NCBI GenBank assembly: GCA_002633005.1
Contig: NMRA01000774.1
Coordinates: forward strand, 90,218 to 154,217
Direction of reading: 5' to 3'
Source: Phoronis australis
Lineage: Eukaryota > Animalia > Phoronida
DNA: 64,000 nt
Positions 38,248-51,009 of this stretch are shown piece after piece (the first letter of the stretch is position 1; every line of letters starts with the position of its first letter). Under the pieces are notes generated by a model that ran no database searches, had not been told where the DNA came from, and saw only the letters and a program-made list of their open reading frames with translations. Both the position numbers and the translations under genes were made by a program.

Positions 38248-39847
38248 AGACCTAATTCAAGCGGCGGACATTCAAATCGAAAGCGAGGCTCACTGGGATA
38301 AACAATGCGGAAGTTTACAATGCGTGAGTTAAACGGCTGGTCTTTCGAGTCAACCTGGATATTAAATCTAAAAAATGTGTCGATAATTAACCACAGAGAC
38401 GTAGAAAATACATTAGGGAACAGGTCAATGCACCAAAGAGTTGTCTGAAAAAAGGGTGCAACTTTTTTTTCGGAAAACTAGACTCGAAACAAGAAAAGTA
38501 AATATGACCAAACAGCGGCGATCGTAGTGTTACGGATTAAAATTTATGCTGAATGCAGGGGTACGTTTCTTCTTGTAAATTGCTCATAAAAATGATTTCT
38601 ACACGAACCAGGTCATGTGCTTATATTTTGGACGAGTTTAGGGAATATTCGACAGTGGTGGCTCATCCCATTTTGCTGCCGTGTGCAATTATTCACATCT
38701 GGTTTAATTTGTTGATCAAGAATATTAATATCTTGTATATAGCCTAGGTCCTGGTGAGGTAGGGACTACCGGGATTAACAATTGATTTGTCATTGATCTG
38801 AAAGAATAACTGATATTATTAAATATATGTTAATAAAAAACCAGGCTCGTAAATGACAATAAAATTATTTGACCATTTTTAAATTTTGAAAAATAAACGA
38901 GTACAGCCCCAGAAATCGCTTTCGCATTATATCCAGGTTCCCATTCACTCCCTTGCACACATTCACGAGTTATTATTTGACTATCAATTCTGATTACTTG
39001 GTTTTAATAACTCTTGCGTCTTTTTCATGTGTTAGGTTTCAAATATAAATCTAAACCAAGTTGAATTTTATAAGTCAAACATCTAATTCGTTCGTCCAAA
39101 GCATAACCTCGTTTAGAGCTCAATTTCAGTTAACTTCACATAGCAACCATAGTTATCATGTTTTTTCAGGGGCCTCGTTCACCCGAAGGGAAACTTCATG
39201 TTGCCTGTGCCTTCTGAGAGGGGAATTTTTTCGCCGAATGAGAGGAAAAATCGACCTGCCGTTCATCATCAGTTGAGCACCCCCGCCAAATCTCACAGGC
39301 TCTGTCTCAAGCAGAATTTCGTGCTCTTTCAAATTGTCACCTGGGTGGATACAGGTGATTTGAACTTTGGAGAGAACTTCAATCACTAGGGGATTTTTTA
39401 GGTCTCGTGGGTGGATTTTTCAATATTTTTGAGAGGGGAATTTGGCCGATATTCGGCCCGAAAATCGAGAGATTGAGTGCCCTGTCGTTTTTGGAGAGAA
39501 AAATTGCATCATCTTTCAACCCGTAGTCATGAAAACACAGCCTGTCTGGCCGAAGATTCTCCGGTCGTTGCTATGATGCTCGGCAACCGAGATGCGCCAA
39601 AGTATGATCTAACTTTTCAAAAACATTTGTAAATTTTACACGGACATCTTTTCCTTCGTATGGCAACGACCCAACGCTTCCGAATCTCTACGTTATTAGG
39701 AATTGTAAAACAGACAGTATTTTTTCTAGCCATCTACATGTTGCCATTCGAGCAACGCGGAATACAACTAGTACTCCGATAAGCCAACAGAGCTATTGTA
39801 GCGAGCCTCGTTTTGGTACGAGCCTCCTGTCTGCGTGTATTATGTCT
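38248..39847 (+). mobile_element. Non-autonomous DNA transposon, copy 2, AT target duplication
   Basis: AT|AGACCTAATTCAAGCGGCGGAC ... TGTCTGCGTGTATTATGTCT|AT; internal GCGAGGCTC/GAGCCTCG inverted motif. Confidence 0.8.
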
Positions 39848-40394
39848 ATGTAGGCTACGCTACGTTAAAAATTTCCATAAATCCTTAACAACGAGATAAA
39901 TCAACTGTTTGTTTAAGAACTCAGTGTATTTGAAAGGGTTTTTGTATCGAATTTTAATGATTGATTGGTGTAATGAGATGAAATTAAGTGATAAGATGAC
40001 ACCAGAAAGCGCCTTGTGATCTGTTAAACAGACTTTGGGAGAACGTTATGTACGAGACCATTGGTTAATTTTAGCACTTCCGTCAGTCGTTTCTGTTAGG
40101 TAAAAGAACAGAACTAGCTGTTATCAAGTGGAAGTACTGGATTTAAATTAATACAAAATACGCTGCTTTTGGTGGCATTCTACTTAAATTGCTAGGTATT
40201 AATGTAAGCTGTATGGTTTATTGGTCGCATACACTGACTGAGAGCACATACATGTACAAACACTTCTTTGTCGCAATAGGGGCCTCATCAAAATCTTGGA
40301 CAACACATACAGAATAAAATATATGTCTAAATACTAACACCATTTAAAATTTTTGTCCACATTAATTAATTTCCTTTAAAAATGCATACTCTCT

Positions 40395-41900
40395 GTGGTG
40401 AAGGCAATTGACACTGTTTACCATGCGATGAATTGAGGATTGTTCTAAAGCCACCAAGACCCCCACACCCCACGACCCAGTGCTCCATAGTGCCATGTAA
40501 TTAATTCCTTGGCGGAATTTTAGGAAATTTTGCAACATGATTTTTATTGAAGGGGCGATGACACTTTCTTAAGATCGATTTGACACAATGTACGCCTCCT
40601 AATGCCACGTTTGTTACATGTACCTTTAATGTGTTTTGGCGTCCATATTGATGCAGACCAAACCACTCTTAAAGTGAAAATTGGAAAATGTTTTACCACT
40701 CGGAAGAGCATGGTTGGCGATATTGAACTGTTCCACTTGTTGTGCTAATCCTCTATGTGGCACTTTGCAGCTGATTTACCTCAGCTTGTGCAGGATCTTT
40801 ATGAAATTTGGAAGTGTACATGTATTTCTAGAAACCCGAGAACCGCCAACGACGTCACTGTGTCACCTAGTGGTAGTTTTGCTTCTCATGGGATTTCGGC
40901 ATGTGCGATCCCATTTAAGAGAGTATTTGTGACTATGCAGAACTGATGTTTAGGCATACATGTAGAACTGTAGCTCTTGCACATGACCAATCTATTCTAT
41001 TATTAGAGCTAGTGACCTAGAGACTAGCTGCGAGAGTTAGCACTGAGAATTTCCGGCTGCCTGCTTGACTGAGTTCTGGTCGAGGGTTGTAGTTATCAAA
41101 TCAACCGTAATTTCATTGTTTAGTTTTCGGTTCGTTAGTATTGTTCGACAAGCGAGACTTTTGATGTTATAGTTCCATACAATAAGTAATATCCTGACAA
41201 ATCAATCAACAAACCCGACAATTACACCGGCCATTTGTTATCAGCAGTGGCCAGTATCATGGGTGGATGCCGGGTGTACATGTAGTTGGGACTCAGATAT
41301 CTTTTCAGCTCTAGCCTTAGAACCCCTTTGGACAACCTATCATACTACATGCCAGGGGTTTTTCAAGAAGACTTTCTTGGGTTTTTATAGCTTGTTTACG
41401 GAAAGAAGTTGCCTTTGACCTACAAGTAAATGAAAAGTTGACGCCTTAACAACAGGTGTGTTAACGTAAATTTCGAAAATCACCCACAATTGCTCAGTTA
41501 TGAGTAAATCTGTGTTTGTGTGTGTGTGTATGAGTGTTAATTGTAACTAGGTTTTCAAGTGTTTTCATAAAACTTCATTTGTGCCATGTTTAACTGTTGC
41601 CCATAATATTAATTAGATTTCTGATAAATGAGCCTACTGTTATCTGTAGTATTTACCTATACCCGTGAAATGAAATTTAAAAAATTAAAAGTTACATACA
41701 TGTTGTCATTCATCTTCGCTTATGAGGGATTTTTTAGAAAAAAATCACAGGATTCACGAGATTTGAAGTACGTTTTAAGTAAAAACTCTATACATACATG
41801 TACCGCAGAGTTTTTAATCTGCAACACATTAACGAAGAAGGCAAGGATGCGTTTACAGTCTTTCATCAAACAGCAGACTGACAGGCGAATAATAAATGTA
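40395..41900 (+). repeat. About 1.5-kb block, diverged copy of 53388-54800; partial third copy at about 26030-26700
   Basis: Colinear matches, e.g. gtgaaggca.ttga.actgttt.ccatg, catactacatgccagg, acggaaagaagttgcctttgaccta, aaacagcagactgac. Confidence 0.8.
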
Positions 41901-41905
41901 GATTA

Positions 41906-42058
41906 CAGGGGCTGATTTAGAGGGGGTCAAGGGGGCCATGGCCCCCCTAAAATTCTCCCAGGTTCCATTTGGCAGTACGGGGTGCGAATGTCTGACTGGC
42001 AAAATCCTGTCTAATACTCTGCCCAGCTCCCAAACTCAAAATCCTGGAACCGCCCCTG
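41906..42058. mobile_element. MITE CAGGGGC...GCCCCTG with 5-bp TSD (GATTA)
   Basis: Same family as 62676-62822; gatta on both flanks. Confidence 0.8.
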
Positions 42059-42828
42059 GATTATCATGTGATAATGTACTCCAACTCTCAGATCGACAGC
42101 ACAGTATGAGGCAAGCCATGGAAGCAAGCGACTTCCTAAAAAGAATTTCAAAATGCATTATCAAATGTGTTTGGATCCTGTGATACCTTTATCATAAAAT
42201 TAATCAGTTGGGGCTCCCATGAATTGCTTCTTAATCTGATTAGCTGTCGCCGTTGTTTTGTTTAGATAGGAGGTCAAAGGTCAACGTTCACATATTTTCA
42301 CGTAAGCATAGATTATAGACAACAATTTCGCAACTCTGACATTTTCTTACATAGTGTCACAGAAGAGGCGCTACTCTCCTAAATAAATTACCAATTTATG
42401 TTTCCGGTTAGTGTTTTGTGACGGGAAATTCTCGCATCTATTTTTCTGTCCAGTACAACGAAGAAAATAATTTCGGCATTGAAACGCTGTTCAAAGTCTT
42501 CCAATAGTAGAACTGTTGATATCGTGTGTACTGTTGACAATGCTGCTGGTCATGTAATTGTAAAATTTAAACTTCAGTGCCGACTGATTTTGTCGCCTGC
42601 TTGCACAATAGCAGCATTTAGTTACTCCGATCAGTTTGGGATTCAGGGTTCACGTACTAAGAAAAATATGAGGAGTAATTGTGTACAACTTCTAAGGACA
42701 ATCTCTGAATACAAAAGATACTTACATGTATGAAACGATTTTGTTTCAGATATTTATCAATTTTATTCGGATTAACAAATGCTCCTCGGCAACGAATTCA
42801 CTGGTCTAACTTCCGTATGGTTATCACT

Positions 42829-42980
42829 AAACATTCTCAAGTGAGCAGTTCCTCTGGGGAGTGATAAGTGGCCCTTAAAAGGGCTGTTGGTTGTATCGAG
42901 CATGAGCTTTTGGGATAGCGTGAAGTGGTTCTTAAAAACCGTTGAATAATTCCAAATACGTCACACATTATACCGTGCTC
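42829..42980 (-). repeat. Dispersed repeat with two histone-3'-type stem-loops (copy 1)
   Basis: Minus strand: caacGGTTTTTAAGAACCac ... caacAGCCCTTTTAAGGGCCactt...ccagaggaac; homologous to 61517-61653. Confidence 0.65.
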
Positions 42981-43368
42981 AAACAAACATCGCCCGATAA
43001 TCGCAAAAAATGAGGTCTAAAGATAAAGACAGGGTCCTACAGAATAAGAACAATAACACTGATATCTTCGTCACTCAGTACTTCTCCGCACCTGTGAAGA
43101 AGGCGAGGCGGCGTCTGTATGAATTCTCACGTGGTAAGAACTGGACAAATGCAAATATTAGGTATGACAAATAAATATATCAAGGTCGTGTTAATGTGTA
43201 CAATGTCGAATCGGATGGGGTGATGGGGCACAAGCCCATGGTTATGGTTTCTGGACAACCCCCGGAAACTGGTGTTTACGGACCTGAAGTGAATGGCGCA
43301 GCAGGTTACTAGTGGTCAGGCCATGGCCCTACACTTTCAATGGTTTCTTGGAATGCACAAGGATTAGA

Positions 43369-45122
43369 AAATCAACAATTGCCTAATGGCAAGGCTAGGG
43401 GTTATGATGGCGTCATCTTTGAAATGCTGAAGTGCACGAAGGTAACAATAGTGCCAATATTGCATAAGTTACTTAATACAATATTTGATTCTGGGTATTA
43501 TCCTCAGACATGGTGTGACGCAGTGCTTACTCCAGTACATAAACAAGGCAATATCAATGACGAAAATAACTATAGAGGTATCTCCCTGTTGTCTGCTTTG
43601 GGAAAACTTTTTACTAAACTTTTAAATAATCGTCTTTATTACTGGGCTGAAAATAACGATAATCTTTACGAGTCTCAAGCTGGGTTTAGAAAAGACTACT
43701 CTATGATTGACCAAGTGTTTACACTTCAAGCTATGTGCCACAAGTATTTGAGTCGGCAGGGTGTGAGATTTTAATGTGCTTTTGTAGATTTCTCGAAGGC
43801 ATTCGATCGAATCCCACATAATTTACTATTCTATAGATTGAAAAACATTGATATGCATGGTAAAATTTTCAACATAATCCGCTCTATGTATAGTAAGTTG
43901 CGCACTTGTGTGAAAACTCAAGATGGTCTTACAGAGTTCTTTGATTGTACTTTTGGTACTCGCCAGGGTTGCATAATCAGCCCATTATTATTTGTGTTGT
44001 ATCTAAATGAATTTCTGGATCAAATGAGTATGAAAAGTAATATTAATAGCACATATCTCAGCGAACAAGTCCCTACTGTACGCAGACGATATGGTTTTTT
44101 GTTCCTCTACCGCCATCAACTTACAACGTATGCTTAATTGATTGGATGAATTTTGCAAATCATGGGGTATGCAAGTAAACTTAAAAAAAAAATAAAGTGG
44201 TCGTTTTCAGAAATGGTGGTCCCCTAAGACGATATGAGAAATGGTTTTAAAATGCAACATTGTTTGATATGGTTCCTCATTACAGATACCTAGGACTACT
44301 TATTACTCCAAAAGTTTCGTGGACCAAAGCCATTAAAGCCTTCTCTAGTCAAGCAAATAAAGCTGCCTCTGCAATTAGTAAATTAAAGCGAAGATGTCGT
44401 GATCTGCCCCCGTCAATAGCCTTTCACTTCGACAAATAGTTTACCCGTCTCTGTGTTACGGCGCTGAGATATGGGGCTTTAAGGAATATGAACAATTGGA
44501 AAATGTACATATCCAGTTTTGTAAACGCATTTTAGGAATAGGCAGTTGTTGTTCAAACTCGGCAATTATAGGAGAATGTGGTCGATTCCCATTGTGTACA
44601 AAATATTTTGTTTCTTGTATAAAATACTGGTTCAAAATACTGGAGATGCTGCATATGATATGCTTTTTCAGTCAGACCTGATCTGAAGATTTTCCTATAA
44701 TTGGACAAGTTTTGTAAGGAAACTTCTGTCTGTGTAAGGTTTTTCAGATGTATTGATTAATCAGGGTGTGGTAAATCAAGCGTAGTTCTTGACTGTTTTT
44801 TTCTTAACGTGTCAACGACTGTTATTTGCTAGGTTGGCAATATGATATCGATTGTAACGCAAAACTGCCTTACTATGTGGGGTACAAAACAATGTATCAT
44901 CTTGAGAATTATCTAGAAATGGTGGATATCCCACGTGTTTTTATCCAGTCTCTGACTCGATTGCGATGCTCAAATCATTCGTTACTAGTGGAAAGAGGTC
45001 GCCACACAAATATTCCATATGAAACAGGTTGTGTGAATTATGTAATTCTGGGTGTGTAGAGGACGAATACCACTTTGTGTTAGTTCGTAGTGCGTACCAA
45101 GACCTTCGGGTTAAGTACTTAA
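43369..45122 (+). mobile_element. 5'-truncated RTE-X-like non-LTR retrotransposon, reverse transcriptase pseudogene
   Basis: NYRGISLLS, QAGFRK, FVDFSKAFD, GTRQGCIISPLLF, YADD, and C-terminal RCSNHSLLVERGRH...CELC...EDEYHF; multiple stops and frameshifts. Confidence 0.92.
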
Positions 45123-45505
45123 AGGCACTATTTCAGCTTCATTTTTGTTAAAAACTTCCTGAAACGGATCTTTACGCAAACACTTTTATTTGAAACCTAA
45201 GCCCAAATAATAGCCTTCGCCATGGCATCGAATTTTTTTATAGTGAACTGAATTTAATACAGATTTTTTTAGCTTAATTTTTCATTTTGTGTGGTGCACC
45301 AAGAAATAAATGGATGCCGGACGAATTGTCAATCGAAGATTCGAGTGTCGAATATGAACTTGGAGTTTCGGTTAATCTCAAGATCGTATACAGGCCTACG
45401 TGAACTCGAAATACCCACTCAAATAATCATATTCAAGCTACTATAATTAGTTAACGGGTGCAATAAGTGCTTTTTGGAAGCAATAATTACATAAATTTGT
45501 TACAT

Positions 45506-48500
45506 TGAACAAACTATTCACCAGATTTCTTTAATGTGTATTTAATTAAGAGCTCACGCTTACGCGATCTTCAGATTAAGCAAAATTCAAGTTCACGCAT
45601 ACAAAACAAGAAATGGCAGGCGTTCGGTATAAGATAGGTTGTCCTCCGTTGAAAACGCTTGCTAATCGTCCTCAAGTTGACTATTACCGCCGTAAAGTTT
45701 GAAATGAAGATCAGTTTGGGTGCTGGACTCATCTGCGATCCCAGATGGCTGTTACACGGTCTCAGTAAGGAAAGAATTTGCTCGACATGTACATGTAGAG
45801 GCCTATATAGTTCAAGCGCACAAAAACACACACCACCCACACATGGATTCTGTGATAGCTACAGCTCTCGCCTTTCACAGGATATCGTTATTTCCGTGGA
45901 CACCACCTTTTTTAATTCTCGAATTTACACTTTAGCAATTTCACTTTCACCACTTTCACATGTTTCATACTGCCACCTATAGAGGGCGGAAAAGCAGAAA
46001 ATATGAAAAATATGATCCAAAGTGGAAGTAAATCGTAATAAAAAATCATTCTAAATTTTATTCAAGATAACCAGAATTGCTTCGGGCGTTCTTTTAGCGA
46101 AATATAGCGTTATTGACATTTAGCTAAGAAACAGAATGAGGTTCAGGAAAATAGGTCACGCTCTGAAGGAAAATGGCAAAGCCAGCGAGCCGCTGTGTCA
46201 CTCACAACAAAGATATGGTAAATTACCTGAAAACTGTCAACGCACTAGATCACTTGGAAGAATGGGAGTTGATTGGCAATCTGGCACGAATGGGAGTGTG
46301 AGAAACAAAGGAACTGGTCTGCCTGTTAGAACAAAAGATCATATGTCCAAAGCACCGTGTGTGGCAGTATCTAGGTTAGCCAAGGTGTACGTTTCCAGCC
46401 TCAGGAATGCAAACGTTGTTCACCACTCAATCCCAGGACTACGTCAACTTAGTAACTTCTCATTTGAAGGTGAGCTACGTAACAATTCATATTTTCTCAG
46501 AAATCTCACCGTGATTAGTCATACCATCTGAGAAGTAGTTTCAGCTGTATATGAAGTCTGAAACAAAAGTTAAATATTTGATGGAATGGATTCTATTCTT
46601 TGATAGTTTGATTTTTAAAAAGGACTTGTGTTATAATACTTACAGTTAAGTTACCTATTTCAACTATAAAAGTGGTTACTTGGAGAGCATATGAGATAGG
46701 AGATTGGGTGGTTTTGGAGAATCCTACTTCAGATTGCAAATCAGTGGAACTAGTGGTTGAGGAATGTCATGTTGAATCCTTATTGAGACCTTTCACTAGT
46801 TTCAGCAATCGAAAGACGAAGAAATTCCTGTGTCCAAAAGATGGCTGTAACAACACTTTTGCCTCTCGAAATGAACTCAAGCAGCAAGTTAGCATGGGCT
46901 GGGATGATAAACAAACAACAGCACTTGAAGAAAATCGCTGATGTGTAGAGAAAGTGTGTTGCCAAAGTCACTGGTATACAAAGTGATGTTAATTATCTAA
47001 CAGCATGCTCGTTGAACTCAATTTGGCAACACAAATCCATAACTTTGACATATAACATTTGTTGTGCATTTTAGTCACTGACTTTTCCAAAGTTGACTTA
47101 ATGGTCAACATGGAAATGCGCTGTGTGATGTTCTATATTACAACCTAACAAAAAGTGAAGCTGTTGTGGAACATGCTACTCAACACCCTATGCAGCCATG
47201 GCTTGGACATTCGCACAAATTTAGGCTGGATTTTTTTACCTGGATTAATGTATCAATCAGACCACTGAAACAGCACAACTCTCTCACTTATGTCCACAGC
47301 ATTTGGATTTTGTAAGCTCATTTTGTGAATTCACAAAGCATGGCTGCACATTCAACATGCTATGAACATTCCCACTAAATAAGATTGGGTCTAACCCCAG
47401 TGGTTAAGGTAAACGGTGGGGTATGGAAAATTGAACTAGACCGTATTTATCCTTCTTGGCTGAGTCGCGCTCGGCTCACGATCAAAGGGATGCCGCCAAG
47501 CTGCTCTAGTCATCGAGTCATGAGCGAGGATAATTGGCTTCGCTCATGCAGATACGATCAGCTGATTACAATCTAGCTAGCAGACTGTACTTTTTATGGA
47601 GAGAGTTTTACGTAGTTTTTACTGTAATATTTGAAAAGAGGAGCGAAAACAAATATGAGTACAACTTNTGAACAAACTATTCACCAGATTTCTTTAATGT
47701 GTATTTAATTAAGAGCTCACGCTTACGCGATCTTCAGATTAAGCAAAATTCAAGTTCACGCATACCAAACAAGTAATGGCAGGCGTTCGGTATAAGATAG
47801 GTTGTCCTCCGTTGAAAAGGCTTGCTAATCGTCCTCAAGTTGACTATTACCGCCGTAACGTTTGAAATGAAGATCAGTTTGGGTGCTTGACTTATCTGCG
47901 GTCCCAGATGGCTGTTACACGGTCTCAGTAAGGAAAGATTTTGCTCGACAGGTACATGTAGAGGTCTATGTAGTTCAAGCGCACAAAAACACACACCACC
48001 CACACATGGATTCTGTGATAGCTACAGCTCTCGCCTTTCACAAGATATCGTTATTTCCGTGGACAGCACCTTTTTTAATTCTCGAATTTACACTTTAGCA
48101 AATTCACTTTCACCACTTTCGCATGTTTCATACTGCCACCTATAGAGGGCGGAAAAGCAGAAAATATGAAAAATATGATCCAAAGTGGAAGTAAATCGTA
48201 ATAAAAAATCATTCTAACTTTTATTCAAGATAACCAGAATTGCTTCGAGCGTTCTTTTAGCGAAATATAGCGTTATTGACATTTAGCTAAGAAACAGAAT
48301 GAGGTTCAGGAAAATAGGTCACGCTCTGAAGGAAAATGGCAAAGCCAGCGAGCCGCTGTGTCACTCACAACAAAGATATGGTAAATTACCTGAAAACTGT
48401 CAACGCACTAGATCACTTGGAAGAATGGGAGTTGATTGGCAATCTGGCACGAATGGGATTGTGAGAAACAAAGGAACTGGTCTGCCTGTTAGAACAAAAG

Positions 48501-49830
48501 ATCATATGTCCAAAGCACCGTGTGTGGCAGTATCTAGGTTAGCCAAGGTGTACGTTTCCAGCCTCAGGAATGCAAACGTTGTTCACCACTCAATCCCAGG
48601 ACTACGTCAACTTAGTAACTTCTCATTTGAAGGTGAGCTACGTAACAATTCATATTTTCTCAGAAATCTCACTGTGATTAGTCATACCATCTGAGAAGTA
48701 GTTTCAGCTGTATATGAAGTCTGAAACAAAAGTTAAATATTTGATGGAATGGATTCTATTCTTTGATAGTTTGATTTTTAAAAAGGACTTGTGTTATAAT
48801 ACTTACAGTTAAGTTACCTATTTCAACTATAAAAGTGGTTACTTGGAGAGCATATGAGATAGGAGATTGGGTGGTTTTGGAGAATCCTACTTCAGATTGC
48901 AAATCAGTGGAACTAGTGGTTGAGGAATGTCATGTTGAATCCTTATTGAGACCTTTCACTAGTTTCAGCAATCGAAAGACGAAGAAATTCCTGTGTCCAA
49001 AAGATGGCTGTAACAACACTTTTGCCTCTCGAAATGAACTCAAGCAGCAAGTTAGCATGGGCTGGGATGATAAACAAACAACAGCACTTGAAGAAAATCG
49101 CTGATGTGTAGAGAAAGTGTGTTGCCAAAGTCACTGGTATACAAAGTGATGTTAATTATCTAACAGCATGCTCGTTGAACTCAATTTGGCAACACAAATC
49201 CATAACTTTGACATATAACATTTGTTGTGCATTTTAGTCACTGACTTTTCCAAAGTTGACTTAATGGTCAACATGGAAATGCGCTGTGTGATGTTCTATA
49301 TTACAACCTAACAAAAAGTGAAGCTGTTGTGGAACATGCTACTCAACACCCTATGCAGCCATGGCTTGGACATTCGCACAAATTTAGGCTGGATTTTTTT
49401 ACCTGGATTAATGTATCAATCAGACCACTGAAACAGCACAACTCTCTCACTTATGTCCACAGCATTTGGATTTTGTAAGCTCATTTTGTGAATTCACAAA
49501 GCATGGCTGCACATTCAACATGCTATGAACATTCCCACTAAATAAGATTGGGTCTAACCCCAGTGGTTAAGGTAAACGGTGGGGTATGGAAAATTGAACT
49601 AGACCGTATTTATCCTTCTTGGCTGAGTCGCGCTCGGCTCACGATCAAAGGGATGCCGCCAAGCTGCTCTAGTCATCGAGTCATGAGCGAGGATAATTGG
49701 CTTCGCTCATGCAGATACGATCAGCTGATTACAATCTAGCTAGCAGACTGTACTTTTTATGGAGAGAGTTTTACGTAGTTTTTACTGTAATATTTGAAAA
49801 GAGGAGCGAAAACAAATATGAGTACAACTT
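45506..49830. repeat. 2162-bp tandem duplication split by single n at 47668 (likely assembly overlap)
   Basis: 45506-47667 vs 47669-49830; ORF track repeats at offset 2163. Confidence 0.92.
46150..46941 (+). pseudogene. Internally deleted DNA-transposase relic (Sola3-like, tentative); duplicated at 48313-49104
   Basis: EWELI...ICPKHR, then IPGLRQLSNFSFE|intron|VTWRAYEIG and a decayed zinc finger FLCPKDGCNNTF...L. Confidence 0.5.
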
Positions 49831-50199
49831 TGAAGTTTTCAAATTGGCCCAGGATAAGAGATTTTGCAACACAGCAACACTCACGATTACATTCATTCGG
49901 CGCGCACTAATACAAAAATATAGGACCCAAGTTATTTAGATTTTGGAACACGTGCATTGCAATATTCAAAATACGTTTATTATGAATCTTACAAGCTGTA
50001 AAACGACGTTGTTAATTTCTTTGTGTTCATTCATTGTCATCCGTCAAATCGGCAATTTCCGAGATGTGATCTGCGGCGTGCGCGTATGTGTACAAAACAC
50101 GTGATTGTTATGTTCCTGAAGTACGAAAATTAAGAAGGCTTTAGCATGCCGTTGTTATTGACAGGGACACGATAAAACGAATTTGGATTTTGACTATAG

Positions 50200-50435
50200 T
50201 CTTGATACAGCGATCTGACTGACCACTGCATCAGTGTCTCCGTTAGTCCCAGAAATTTCACACAGCCCGGGTAGTTCACTTCGTCCCCACCACGTAGATC
50301 GAGCCTTGGACTATTAATACTCCACGGCAGAGCTAACGACAGTCGGCCTGTGCACACAAAATCTGTGAGTTAACCAGCACTCACCTTGCACGTTGCAGCC
50401 GTTTAAGTCAAAAACAATCTAGTAAATGCCATTTT
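50200..50435 (-). repeat. Dispersed repeat, homologous to 60340-60530 (+)
   Basis: Shared gcaaggtgagtg..gg....cagatt.tg..tgcac...gttagc and gtgtgaaatttc...aacggag. Confidence 0.6.
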
Positions 50436-50799
50436 CTTGCATAATCCTCCGCCTTTTGTAACAAAAAAGTCTATCGTCGATGACCCGCACACGCACGCTC
50501 ACGCACTCTCATACGCAGACGAACTTCAAAACAAACGTCACGTGACAACAACATGTGTGTTCATCCAGAGATTTTTCTCGTGTTGTGGGGTACATTTGGA
50601 CTTAATCGCAATTAATCTGGACTCCACATGAACTTTAAAAATTGTAAAACATCAGGAAGTTTCAGGTAAATTGTTGAGTCGAAACTATATTTTTATTCAA
50701 GAGTACAAGTTTTCCTATTGACGATCGCGATTCAGCGACGCATCAGTCGGCAAGTTTTTGCCCTGTGATGAGCGCAATTTATGGAAAATTATCGTAATT

Positions 50800-51009
50800 T
50801 AACAACGGAAGTTGATAGCAATGCACCACAATTTTGTAGAAAGGCTGTCATAGGCTACAAATACGTCACAGAGCGTAAATTTGATGAATCCTAGCTTCCG
50901 ATTTTACCCGTTTGGGAAACCGGGTTTCAACTGCCGTAGGCTGACTACAATAAGCGTCCCCTCCCCGTGAAATGAATTTTTCTAAGCGTTTGTTTGAGCC
51001 AATACAGTA
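50800..51009 (+). mobile_element. Right end of a TA-targeting (Tc1/pogo-like) MITE; homologue at about 62905-63108
   Basis: Two about 200-bp diverged copies ending aatacagta / aatacggta. Confidence 0.55.

Noticed and set aside
50385-50432. Apparent alternative or paralogous astacin exon 1 (MAFTRLFLT*TAATCK|GTGAGT, phase 0)
   Set aside because: In-frame TAA, and the segment is homologous to the repeat at 60340-60530, so the resemblance is probably chance.
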